Positions 39,478 to 48,162 of a stretch of DNA of 50,161 bases are shown here, one piece after another. Origin of the DNA: Candidatus Sumerlaeota bacterium (lineage in GTDB: Bacteria; Sumerlaeota; Sumerlaeia; JADFCW01); NCBI GenBank assembly GCA_017161705.1, contig JADFCW010000007.1, positions 1 to 50,161 on the forward strand, in the 5' to 3' direction. A program made the translations under genes and the position numbers. The notes below the pieces were generated by a model that was not told the DNA's origin, did no database searches, and saw only the letters and a list, made by a program, of their open reading frames with translations. How positions within the stretch are numbered: position 1 is the first letter of the stretch; every line of letters starts with the position of its first letter.

Positions 39478-39927
39478 ATGCGCCACCGGAATATCCGTTC
39501 GCGACTGAATCGAACCAGCGAGCATCGCCTCGCGCTCATGCGCAATCTTGCCGAAGCGCTGATCGAACGCGAGCGCATCCAGACAACGGCCGCCAAGGCC
39601 AAACAGTTGCGCGCGTTCGTCGAGCCGCTGGTCACTCTCGGACGCGAGGGCACTCTGACCGCGCGCCGTCTGGCTTTCAGCCGCCTGGGGAAAAAGAAAG
39701 CCGTTCACAAACTGTTCACCGTTCTAGGGCCCCGCTTCAAAGACCGCAACGGCGGCTACACCCGCGTGGTGAAAGCCGGCGTGCGGGCGGGCGACGGCGC
39801 CCAGATGGCCTATATTGAATTCGTCGAACGAACCGTTGTCGAACCGAAGGAAAAGAAACCCAAAGACGCCCGGCAACGCATGCGCGAGCGGATGCGCGAA
39901 CTGCAGCGCGCACGCGCGCGCATGTAG
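39478..39927 (+). CDS. rplQ: 50S ribosomal protein L17
   Basis: MRHR..LNRTSEHRLALMRN, RNGGYTR, RAGDGA. Confidence 0.97.
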   Translation: MRHRNIRSRLNRTSEHRLALMRNLAEALIERERIQTTAAKAKQLRAFVEPLVTLGREGTLTARRLAFSRLGKKKAVHKLFTVLGPRFKDRNGGYTRVVKAGVRAGDGAQMAYIEFVERTVVEPKEKKPKDARQRMRERMRELQRARARM

Positions 39928-40026
39928 CCGCCCTTGTCCAGCCGGGCCAGGACTGCAAGAGCAGCGACCGGCGGGTTTGTGGGCGGCCCGTGTTGAACCC
40001 CTGCCGGTGCTCAAATCAGTTTTTAC

Positions 40027-40056
40027 TTTACACCGATGCCGGCAGCACGGTAGATG
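40027..40056 (+). promoter_or_regulatory. Probable promoter for tRNA-Val
   Basis: TTTACA-18 bp-TAGATG ending 11 nt before the tRNA. Confidence 0.45.
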
Positions 40057-40067
40057 TTCACTCGTGT

Positions 40068-40144
40068 GGGTGATTAGCTCAGTCGGCTAGAGCGCTGCCC
40101 TCACATGGCAGAGGTCGGGGGTTCAACTCCCTCATCACCCACCA
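40068..40144 (+). tRNA. tRNA-Val (anticodon CAC)
   Basis: Acceptor stem GGGTGAT/ATCACCC, D-arm GCTC/GAGC, anticodon arm CTGCC-CTCACAT-GGCAG, T-loop TTCAACT, encoded CCA. Confidence 0.96.
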
Positions 40145-40231
40145 ACAAAAAGTTTAGGGCGGGGTTCCAGTTATCGAGTCAACATCCGGTATCGGACGCC
40201 CAGATTCTATCCCCCTTCGCAATCCGAGAAC

Positions 40232-40346
40232 GGCAAAGCGGCAGCAGGGCTGCCGCACTCCAAGAGTTTTGCTGCGCAGACGGGTGATTCTGCAAAAAGG
40301 GATGCTTTTGCTTTGGACTGCGGCAGCCATGCTGCCGCTTTTCCCC
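40232..40346. repeat. REP-doublet element, copy 3 (best-conserved palindromes)
   Basis: AAAGCGGCAGCAGGGCTGCCGCACTCCAA ... TTTGGACTGCGGCAGCCATGCTGCCGCTTT. Confidence 0.85.
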
Positions 40347-40416
40347 GACATAAAAGCGAGCATACTCAGTTGAGATGGTCTGGCCGAAGCGTTGATGTAA
40401 GTAAGAGATACTCTGG

Positions 40417-40435
40417 AATAAGAATTATTCTGATT
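40417..40435. promoter_or_regulatory. Fur/PerR-type 9-1-9 operator-like palindrome
   Basis: AATAAGAAT-T-ATTCTGATT, one mismatch from a perfect inverted repeat. Confidence 0.5.
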
Positions 40436-40458
40436 AAGGAAAATGAAAAGAAAAAAAT

Positions 40459-40911
40459 TCATTCTGGAGTTTGCTTCCACCATCGCCGCCGGCCACGAGC
40501 TCGATTCAGGCATCGGATGCATACCCCGCGCACTTCCACCTGTATGCGCTCCACTGTTCCCATCGTGCGCACCGTGGCCGGCACACGCAAACGACCGGCT
40601 CCACTCACACGGCAGTCCATGATGCGATTGCATTTGACGCATACAAAATGATCGTGGCGTTCGGGGGCGGGGTCATAGCGAACGCAGCTGGCCGAGGAAA
40701 AAACGCGGGCAATGACCCCATGTTGGTCAAACGCGGCCAGAGTTCGATACACGGTGTCGAGGGAGACGGTGGGCAGGCGGCGCAGCACGCGCTGGTGGAT
40801 TTGTTCGGCGGACGGGTGATCCTTCGCCTGCAGCATTTCGCGCAAAATTTCGAGGCGCTGATGCGTTGCCTTCAACCCTGCGCGGCGGCAAATGTCTCGG
40901 AGTGTGTCCAT
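40459..40911 (-). CDS. Fur-family transcriptional repressor, PerR-like
   Basis: THQRLEI, HPSAEQI, TVYRTL, RYD..HDHFVCVKC..IMD, CIRC. Confidence 0.9.
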   Translation of the reverse strand: MDTLRDICRRAGLKATHQRLEILREMLQAKDHPSAEQIHQRVLRRLPTVSLDTVYRTLAAFDQHGVIARVFSSASCVRYDPAPERHDHFVCVKCNRIMDCRVSGAGRLRVPATVRTMGTVERIQVEVRGVCIRCLNRARGRRRWWKQTPE

Positions 40912-41140
40912 TTCTCCTAAGCCTCTTCCATCTTATCTCAGCCCACGTCCATGTTCGGCTGATTCCGATACCTTTTCTGCGGTCGAACAACCGTCCGGAA
41001 AGAAGCACCCTCTTAGCGAGGAAGAGCAATCCAACGGTCGCCGCCAGGGTTCGGCATTCTTTTTGCCAAAACGAACCTATTCTGGTTCGGATGCGGCCCG
41101 CGTTGTAACAAGTCAGCGATTGCGTTTTGGCCTTTCAAGA

Positions 41141-41210
41141 AAAAAGGAAGTCCGCGGCGGGGAACTCGGCATTCCATAGCGCTGCGCGATGTCCCGGCAC
41201 CCGGACTTCC
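41141..41210 (-). terminator. Probable terminator/hairpin after the cytochrome gene
   Basis: On the minus strand, a GGAAGTCCG...CGGACTTCC stem followed by a T-run. Confidence 0.45.
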
Positions 41211-41221
41211 CCGATTGCCTC

Positions 41222-42628
41222 TTACAGGGCCCGCATGAACTCGACCAGGTCCTTTTTCTCCTGCTCCGAAAGATCGAGACCTTGAATCAGATTAAAGAAT
41301 TCGACGGTGTCTTCGAGCGTGAGCAGACGGCCGTCGTGCAGATACGGCGGCGAGTCCTTGATGCCGCGCAGCGGGAACGTCTTGATCGGCCCGTCGGCCG
41401 ACGCCCACCGACCATTCACCTCCTGAGGCTTGAAGAAACGCTCGGCCTTCAGGTTGTGCATCAGGTTGTCGGTGTAATAGGGCGCCGGATGGCAAACGGC
41501 ACATTGGGCCTTGCCGAAAAAGATTGCCTCGCCGCGCATCTCAGCTTCCGTCGCCTTCTTTGGATCGAGGCGGCCGTACAGGTTGAGCTTGGGCGCAGGC
41601 GGAAAATCCAGCAGCGACTGGAACTCGGCCATGAAATGCACCTGGCTGCCGCGTTCGAGAATGTTGACGCCTTTTTTCGTGGCGATAACCGGATCGCCGT
41701 CGAAGTAGGCAGCGCGCTGCTCGAATTCCGTGAAATCTTCGATGGACTTCAGCGCGCGCTGCGACCCGAACAACCGCTGGATGTTCACCCCGCGCAGCGG
41801 CGGAATGTCGAGGCGATGGCGAAACGCCTGCGGGCGAATGTCCCCGACCAGATGCGTAGCGCCGTTCGAGTGTCCGTTGACATGACAGTCGAAGCAGGTA
41901 ACGCCCCGGTGCGGCAGCTCGGAGCGACGGTCCTCGGTCATGTTGAACTGCTGCTGCGGAAAGGGGGTAACCAGAAGCCGCAAGCCTTCGAGCTGTTTGG
42001 GATTGAGGATCCCATTGAACAGCTCGTAGTAGTTCATGATGGTGACCACCTTGCCCTGCGACACATCGCCCAGGTCCGGCCGCGTGGTCAGATAGATCGG
42101 CGGCGGATACTCGGGGAGCAGGTGATCCGGAAGATCCAGGTCGAGGTCAAAGCGGGTGAGGTCGCGTCCCTCCTGCTTTTTGATTTCCTCGATGTGAAAC
42201 TTGGGAAAGACCATTCCACCCTCTGGATGATTCGGATGAGGCAGCGGCAGAAAGCCCTTCGGCCACAAACCTTTGTCCCGAATCTCTTCCGGCGTCATGG
42301 CGCTCAACTGCTGCCACGTTACGCCCTTCGGCAGCTTCACCCGCACGCCTTCCTGGACGGCGCGGCGCCCGGCCGACATCATCAGGCCCGACGGCCGGTC
42401 GCTGAGGTCATACCGCTCCTCGAGCAACGCCATCTGGCGTTTCATCACTTCCGGCTTGGCGGCTTTCATTCGAGCCATGGTGGCGGCGAATTCTTCCTGA
42501 ATTACCACGGGCGAATAGCTCGATGGTTTGCCGCCGGGCTGACCGGCTTGTACAGCAGCGCACACCACCATGCAGGCGCCGAGGAGGCTCAGCCCGACAC
42601 CGAAAGCCTTTGCTCTTGCACGCAACAT
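41222..42628 (-). CDS. Secreted di-haem cytochrome c, peroxidase/MauG-like (often auto-annotated 'cytochrome B6')
   Basis: Signal peptide, two CxxCH motifs (CFDCH, CAVCH), KTFPLRGIKDSPPYLHDGRLLTLED, DLVEFM. Confidence 0.85.
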   Translation of the reverse strand: MLRARAKAFGVGLSLLGACMVVCAAVQAGQPGGKPSSYSPVVIQEEFAATMARMKAAKPEVMKRQMALLEERYDLSDRPSGLMMSAGRRAVQEGVRVKLPKGVTWQQLSAMTPEEIRDKGLWPKGFLPLPHPNHPEGGMVFPKFHIEEIKKQEGRDLTRFDLDLDLPDHLLPEYPPPIYLTTRPDLGDVSQGKVVTIMNYYELFNGILNPKQLEGLRLLVTPFPQQQFNMTEDRRSELPHRGVTCFDCHVNGHSNGATHLVGDIRPQAFRHRLDIPPLRGVNIQRLFGSQRALKSIEDFTEFEQRAAYFDGDPVIATKKGVNILERGSQVHFMAEFQSLLDFPPAPKLNLYGRLDPKKATEAEMRGEAIFFGKAQCAVCHPAPYYTDNLMHNLKAERFFKPQEVNGRWASADGPIKTFPLRGIKDSPPYLHDGRLLTLEDTVEFFNLIQGLDLSEQEKKDLVEFMRAL

Positions 42629-42803
42629 GTTCGTTCCTCCCTTCGTTTCTGTTTTGCCCGGCCCGAGACAGCCTTCACGCCTGCATGGCGGTTTGTCTCA
42701 TTGCCGGCGGTTGGTCAGTCGCGATGCAGCATCCCCCCTTTGCCCTCGAGTGATTGCAGACGCTCTTTTCAATATCTGCGCATTGTAACTATTTTCAAAC
42801 CAA

Positions 42804-42844
42804 TCCTAATTAAGAATAATTCCACAATAGCGCTCGTCTGTCAA
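42804..42844 (-). promoter_or_regulatory. Promoter of the cytochrome gene overlapped by a Fur/PerR-like box
   Basis: Minus-strand TTGACA (42844-39); TAAGAAT-A-ATTCCAC box (42811-25) overlaps the expected -10 region. Confidence 0.5.
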
Positions 42845-42958
42845 TCTCTTTTTTGTCTTTCCACGGGCTTGCAGAAAATGCATGGAATTTATGCTTTAGC
42901 CTGCCGAATGCAGTTTACCCCTCAGTGTGCTCTATCCTGCGGATGCATCAGGGACGCG

Positions 42959-43134
42959 GCTGTTTTGCGCCGGCAGTCGGTAAGGAGATTCACCGAGGTG
43001 TGGCCTAAGAGGGCAAATTAAAGTTTGACCTAAGAGCGGCAAACTGAAATTTGAACTACCAGCCGAGTTGAACAGCGAATCCTAGGGCGAATGGGTCTTT
43101 TGGGTTGATTGTTGACTGCGGAGGGCGCATCAGT
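42959..43134 (+). ncRNA. Candidate structured RNA with an internal tandem repeat
   Basis: Four collinear helices rich in G-U pairs enclosing CCTAAGAG(C)GGCAAAYTRAARTTTGA x2. Confidence 0.45.
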
Positions 43135-43201
43135 CTTTTCGGGCGGCAAAAGGGGGATAAAAGATACTTCCGCCGCCAATCCCACACCCACCGAGGCTGC
43201 C

Positions 43202-44071
43202 ATGAATGCTCCACCTGCCGTACTGCAAGTATCCTGTGTCCAGTTGCACTGGGCCAAGGACATCGAGGAAAATGTCTCCAGGCACCGCGACTATCTGGCC
43301 CGCGCACGCAGCGAAGGCTCCGACATAGTTCTCTTTCCCGAAGCCAGCCTGACGGGCTATGATTTTGACTATATCCGGGCCACGCCGGAAAAGGCTGTCG
43401 TGCAGGCCCTCGACGAGATCGCCCGCTGTGCCGCTGACCTCTCGCTCTATGCGATTGTCGGCAGCCTTCAGCGCCGCAGCGCCCAACGCTTCCTCAACCT
43501 GGCCCATGTCATCTCGCCCCGCGGCAAAGTCGTTTACGAATACGCCAAGGTGCAATTGGCCGGGCGCCTCGAACGCAAATACTGCCGTCCGGGCGACAAG
43601 GTCGCCCTGTTCAAGGTGAAAGGCTGTCTGTGCACGCTGATCATTTGCCGCGACGGCCGCCATCCCGAACTCTACCGTCTTCCGGCCATGGCAGGCGCGC
43701 GTGTGATCTTCCATCCGGCCTCCGGAAGCGAGCGGATCGAGGGCGTGGCGTGGAAGCAAATAGCCGGTCGCGCCACACATCCGGCCGGACCAACCACGCA
43801 TGTATTCCACTGTGTGGCCAATACGGTCGGGCAGTCGCGCGATGGCTCGATGACGTCGCCGGGCGGCTCGTTTATCAAGGACCCCACCGGTTTGTCGCTG
43901 GCCGAGGCCGGCGCCTGTCACGAGGAGATGATTACAGCACGGCTCAGCCTCGAACGCGCGACGGGCCGTTTCGCGCTGTCGAGCCTGATGCATCCGCGCT
44001 TTCTTCGTCCGTTCTGGAAACAGATGATTGCCGCCGTGCGCGCCCGCGCCAAAGACCCCTCGCCGCTGTAG
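43202..44071 (+). CDS. Carbon-nitrogen hydrolase (nitrilase superfamily)
   Basis: Glu-Lys-Cys triad motifs LFPEASL, YAKVQL and IICRDGRHPE; ATG at 43202 with GAGG. Confidence 0.9.
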   Translation: MNAPPAVLQVSCVQLHWAKDIEENVSRHRDYLARARSEGSDIVLFPEASLTGYDFDYIRATPEKAVVQALDEIARCAADLSLYAIVGSLQRRSAQRFLNLAHVISPRGKVVYEYAKVQLAGRLERKYCRPGDKVALFKVKGCLCTLIICRDGRHPELYRLPAMAGARVIFHPASGSERIEGVAWKQIAGRATHPAGPTTHVFHCVANTVGQSRDGSMTSPGGSFIKDPTGLSLAEAGACHEEMITARLSLERATGRFALSSLMHPRFLRPFWKQMIAAVRARAKDPSPL

Positions 44072-44256
44072 CCGCTCCTGCAGGGGCGCCAAACCCATGT
44101 GCGCGGGCGGTTCTTCGCCGCAGCATGGTCGGTGCGCCGCGCCAGGTCAGACATGCCTCAACCCGTGGCCGCACAGTATGTTCCTTTGTGAATCTTGAAA
44201 ATCATGCCCAGCACTCAACCGCCCAATTCCGACAAGCAAGGAAACGCACGCGTGAC

Positions 44257-44282
44257 GGGCAGGGACTGCAACCTGCCCTTAC
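44257..44282 (-). terminator. Hairpin or GTAG-like REP at the prepilin gene stop
   Basis: Minus strand GTAAGGGCAGG-TTGCAGTC-CCTGCCC. Confidence 0.35.
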
Positions 44283-44917
44283 GCCCACGGGTCGCGATCG
44301 GTCGCATTCGAAGTCGGGAATTTCTGCGAGCGGATGATGTCGCCGCCGGAGACCGTTCCATTGGTCGGGTCGTAGCGGACGGAGGGGTTCCACAGGCGGT
44401 CGGGCCCGACGCATTGCAGCCGCCACGCGCCGCTCCATTCTTCGGCTTCGGGGGGATAGCGCCGCTGCAGCAGGGGGAAGGTCTGGGCCTTTTCGATCAA
44501 TTCGGGGATGTTCTCATAACCATAACGCCGCCAAATGTTGTGGGGGAACAGCGCCGCCTTGTCCCAGTTGCCGCCGAAGGGGCAATGCAGGTCGGCGGTC
44601 GAAAGATAGGCGACCGGTGTGCTGAGACTGTTGGGCAGATACCACCATTTCAGGTCAGCGCCCTGCAAAGGTGCGACGCCGCCGGTGAATCCGGGCTCCA
44701 GCATGGTCGGATAAGCGTTCTGATCGAGGCGGTAGGCCTCGATGGCCAGCGCGGCCGACCGCAAGTCGGAGTAGGCGCGGGCGATTTTGGCGCGCACGGA
44801 GGCTTCCAAAAAGTTAGGCACTGCAATGCCTGCAAGCACGGCGATGATCGCCACGACAATCAGCAATTCGATCAGGGTAAAGGCGCAAGGCGTCCTTTGA
44901 TAGTTTTTTGTGGTCAT
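44279..44917 (-). CDS. Prepilin-type N-terminal cleavage/methylation domain protein (pseudopilin-like)
   Basis: AFTLIELLIVVAIIAVLAGIAVPNFLEA..RAK...SDLR...AIEAY; C-terminal VGPD and YDPTNGTVSGGDI. Confidence 0.9.
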   Translation of the reverse strand: MTTKNYQRTPCAFTLIELLIVVAIIAVLAGIAVPNFLEASVRAKIARAYSDLRSAALAIEAYRLDQNAYPTMLEPGFTGGVAPLQGADLKWWYLPNSLSTPVAYLSTADLHCPFGGNWDKAALFPHNIWRRYGYENIPELIEKAQTFPLLQRRYPPEAEEWSGAWRLQCVGPDRLWNPSVRYDPTNGTVSGGDIIRSQKFPTSNATDRDPWA

Positions 44918-45088
44918 TCCTTGGGTTGGCCTTTCTCCCTCCGCCTTTCTTTTTGCTTTTTCCAATGCCAGCCTATTGATGCTTCGATCTGTCCCTCTAC
45001 AGCGTGGGAAAATACGGCAAACCGAAGCTTGAACTCCATGCGGTATGCAGTGCGAACGAACTTCCGTCGAATCCGAATTGAAGGGCCA

Positions 45089-46417
45089 TCAAACAGTGTT
45101 GGCTTTTTTCTCCGGCTCGCGGAAGAAGACCAGGAAAGCCACGGCGCACAAAATGGTCACCACCAAAGGCACAGCGAACACACCGCGATAATTCACCACG
45201 CCGTTGGTGGTAAACAGGTCGCGTACCCATCCGGCCAGGTAACTCCCGACAATGCTGCCGATGCCGAGGACGAATACTGCCCAGAGGCTCTGGACGGAAG
45301 CCCGAATATCGGGCGGAGAGACTCGGTCGGAGTAAATCTGGCCGACCACGAAGAAAAACACGTAGCAAAAACCGTGAATGGGCAGCGAGCCGACAACCAG
45401 CCCCCACGGCTGGCCGATTACAAACACTGCATACCGAATCGGCCAGGCCAGAACGCCCAGCACCAGGCACATCCGCACGCCCAGTCGGGGCAGGAGCAGC
45501 GGCAGCAGAATGACCATCGTGAAAATTTCGCCGATTTGCGCCGTGGTCATCCAGCCGGGGACGTCTGCCGACGGCACGCCGATGACTTCGAGAAACGGCG
45601 CGGTCAAAATGTAGTAAAACCACAGCTCCGTGGTCACGATGAATGAAATCACCATGAAGGCGGCAAAATTCGGATCGCGCAGCATCCGAAAGGCCTTCAC
45701 GAAGGCCAACGCTTCGACGCCTTCGCGCTTGGGCGGCGTATGGGGAAGCAGGGCACAGAACACGCCCATCAGGAGCGAAAAGGCCGAGGCCAGAAGCAGA
45801 CTGTCGGTCGGACCGCTCTTTCCGAGAACCTTAACCAGACTGCCTCCGACGGCGTGCGACAGCGCGGCATACCAACCGGTGCCGGCTTTGGCGGCCTCGG
45901 CGGCAGCGCCGGCCAGCGCCTCGCTTTCCTGACGCCACCATGTCAGGGCCAGTCCGGCGGCAATCCATCCAAGTGTTCCCCAGACGCGGATGGCGCCGAA
46001 TTCTTTCTCGACATTTTTCAAGTGGCGAAACGACACCGCATTGGTCAGCGGCAGCGTCGGGCCGTAGAGAATCGAGAAGGCAAACATCAAGCCGGTCAGA
46101 ATCCAGAAGGCCTGATCGGGATTGGTCTTGAACATCGCGGCGTAATCCATGCCGGCGGCAAGGTAGAGGATTACGGCGCCCAGCAAGTGCGCGCCGGCCA
46201 GCAGCCACTGGGCCGGCATATAGCGGTCGGCCAGCTGTCCGCCGGTTACGGGCGAGAGCAAAATGCCCAGCGGCAAAAGACAATAGATCAAACCGATCAT
46301 CTTCCCGGTGAAACCGACGGCGCCAAGATAGGCTGACAGCACCGGCATCCAGGCGCCCCAGATTGCATACTGCAGGAACATCATGATGCATAGCCGCACA
46401 TAGAGACCGATCTTCAT
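45089..46417 (-). CDS. MFS transporter, nucleoside:H+ symporter family
   Basis: MMFLQYAIWGAW, GQLADRY, FGAIRVWGTLGWIAAG, IHGFCYVFFFVVGQIY. Confidence 0.9.
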   Translation of the reverse strand: MKIGLYVRLCIMMFLQYAIWGAWMPVLSAYLGAVGFTGKMIGLIYCLLPLGILLSPVTGGQLADRYMPAQWLLAGAHLLGAVILYLAAGMDYAAMFKTNPDQAFWILTGLMFAFSILYGPTLPLTNAVSFRHLKNVEKEFGAIRVWGTLGWIAAGLALTWWRQESEALAGAAAEAAKAGTGWYAALSHAVGGSLVKVLGKSGPTDSLLLASAFSLLMGVFCALLPHTPPKREGVEALAFVKAFRMLRDPNFAAFMVISFIVTTELWFYYILTAPFLEVIGVPSADVPGWMTTAQIGEIFTMVILLPLLLPRLGVRMCLVLGVLAWPIRYAVFVIGQPWGLVVGSLPIHGFCYVFFFVVGQIYSDRVSPPDIRASVQSLWAVFVLGIGSIVGSYLAGWVRDLFTTNGVVNYRGVFAVPLVVTILCAVAFLVFFREPEKKANTV

Positions 46418-46525
46418 TGGCCGCCTCCTGAAAGCGAAGGTCTAATTCCGTGCGCACGCCCGCTCACGGTGTTGCTTCCGTTTCGGGCGAATCCTGTCCC
46501 CTCGATTTTAGCCCCGCAAGCAAAA

Positions 46526-47878
46526 TTATCCCGATTTTTTCCATACCACCTCGCCGCCGATGATGGTGGCCGCACAGCGGGGCGAAGGGCCGTCGAACCA
46601 TGACCGCTCCAGCTGCGTACCTTCGGGACACGGCGTCCACGCGGAGAAATCGGCGCAGTATCCAGGGGTTATGTTTCCTGCGTCGGCGGCCCAGCCTATG
46701 GCTCTTGCGGGAATCATGGTGGCCATTTCGATGATCTCGCGGGGCGTCAGCGCCGGGAACATCCGGGCCGCGCGTCTCATCTCCTCCATCAGGCTGAGGC
46801 CCGTGTTGCTGGCCGCGCTGTCGGTGGCCACGCAAACAGGGACTCCGGCGCGGCGCAACATCTCGAGCGGATAGGGCGGTCGGCGGAAAAACTCGTGCGT
46901 TCCCGGACAGAACGCCACCGTCCAGCCGCGGCGCGCCAGAACGGCGGCATCGGCTGCATCGGCGCAGCCGCAATGGGCGGCAATGCCGGGAGTGTCGAGG
47001 ATTCCGGTCCGTTCCAGAAACGCAACGGGAGAGCATCGCGGCGGCTGCCAGGTGCACGGCAGAACGCGAAACAGACGCAGCCAGCGCACCATCCGGCCGC
47101 GTCCGGTGCGAAACATCTCGTCCTCGTCGGCGCTTTCGGCAAGATGCAGCGTGAGAAAAGGCGGAAACGATGGCATGGACGCCATGGACATGCTGAGGTT
47201 GTCCCGAACGTCTGTTCCATCCGGTTTGTCTTTCCGGCTCCAGCGGCGTTTTTCCTCTGCTTTTCTTTCGCCAATTTTTTTTGCCAGCGCTTCCCAGAGT
47301 TCGCGGCTCACTGAATAAGGTGCGTGGGGCGCCAGGCCATGGCATCGGCGCAGGGGAATCGTTTCCTGCTTTTCCAGCAGATTCATCATCCGCAACGCCG
47401 TCTGTGCCGCCCGTTTCGGATCGAGCGAAATGCACTCGTGGGCAAAGACCAGTCGCAGCGGGGACTTCTGGAGGGTTTCCGCGGCCAGCGCCTCGATGTC
47501 AATATCCACAGCGGCAGTGACGCCCCCAGCGAGCAGTTGCCGAGCCCCTTCGGCGATGGCCCGGCGCAAAGTCGTGCGGCTCGACAGCCGGCTTCGCAGA
47601 GCGATTCGCGCCAGCCATCCGACGAAGTTCTTTGTCGGCCGGAGTTTCCCGCATAGGTGAGTCAACCGCAGATGCGTATGGGCGTTGACGAATCCCGGCA
47701 GCAACAACACCTCGCCGAGGTCCACAACCTCGCCTTTGAGTTGCCGCAAGTCTGCATAGCGCGCAACCGCTTCGATCCGGCCGTTGCGGCAAAGCACAGC
47801 GCCATCCAATAGCAATACGCCGTCGGATTGCCACACCCGGCGGGCGCGGAAGACTATTGATCTGCTCTGGAGAACCAT
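46526..47878 (-). CDS. Metal-dependent amidohydrolase (nucleoside-deaminase-like)
   Basis: PGFVNAHTHL, APHAPYS, HLAES, AAHC, ATDSAASN, GYCADF. Confidence 0.88.
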   Translation of the reverse strand: MVLQSRSIVFRARRVWQSDGVLLLDGAVLCRNGRIEAVARYADLRQLKGEVVDLGEVLLLPGFVNAHTHLRLTHLCGKLRPTKNFVGWLARIALRSRLSSRTTLRRAIAEGARQLLAGGVTAAVDIDIEALAAETLQKSPLRLVFAHECISLDPKRAAQTALRMMNLLEKQETIPLRRCHGLAPHAPYSVSRELWEALAKKIGERKAEEKRRWSRKDKPDGTDVRDNLSMSMASMPSFPPFLTLHLAESADEDEMFRTGRGRMVRWLRLFRVLPCTWQPPRCSPVAFLERTGILDTPGIAAHCGCADAADAAVLARRGWTVAFCPGTHEFFRRPPYPLEMLRRAGVPVCVATDSAASNTGLSLMEEMRRAARMFPALTPREIIEMATMIPARAIGWAADAGNITPGYCADFSAWTPCPEGTQLERSWFDGPSPRCAATIIGGEVVWKKSG

Positions 47879-47912
47879 GGCTGCGGCAACGGCACGTGGC
47901 TCAGATGGACAA

Positions 47913-48101
47913 GCACCGATTCGCGTTCGGGACCCAAACGATTTTCTCGCGGCAGAAACATGCGGACGGCTCGGGATTGACGGAGCACGCGGTCAATGAG
48001 GCTGTCCTCGAGGACGCTCGTAATCTTTCCGCATGGTGTGGATGGTCGGCGGCGGCGTTTGAGAAACAGCGCCGGATGTCCTCCTCGGCGGACCGCGGTG
48101 C
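47913..48101. ncRNA. Candidate 189-nt rod-shaped RNA with 6S-like geometry
   Basis: Six or more collinear helices with an asymmetric central bubble (see findings). Confidence 0.4.
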
Positions 48102-48162
48102 AATTTCGTATTGCGAAAAGCAGCGCGTGAAATACAGAAAACGGCGGCGCAAAGATGCTGCC

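Noticed and set aside
42990-43075. c-di-GMP-I (GEMM) riboswitch suggested by GGCAAAC, GAAA, GGCCTAA and CAGCCGAGTTG
   Set aside because: The motifs are in the wrong order and the GACGCAAA junction after the first hairpin is missing.
43176-43193. CCAATCCCACACCCACCG as a degenerate attR copy of the tRNA-Val 3' end
   Set aside because: The match is short and gapped, and there is no integrase; insufficient to call an island.
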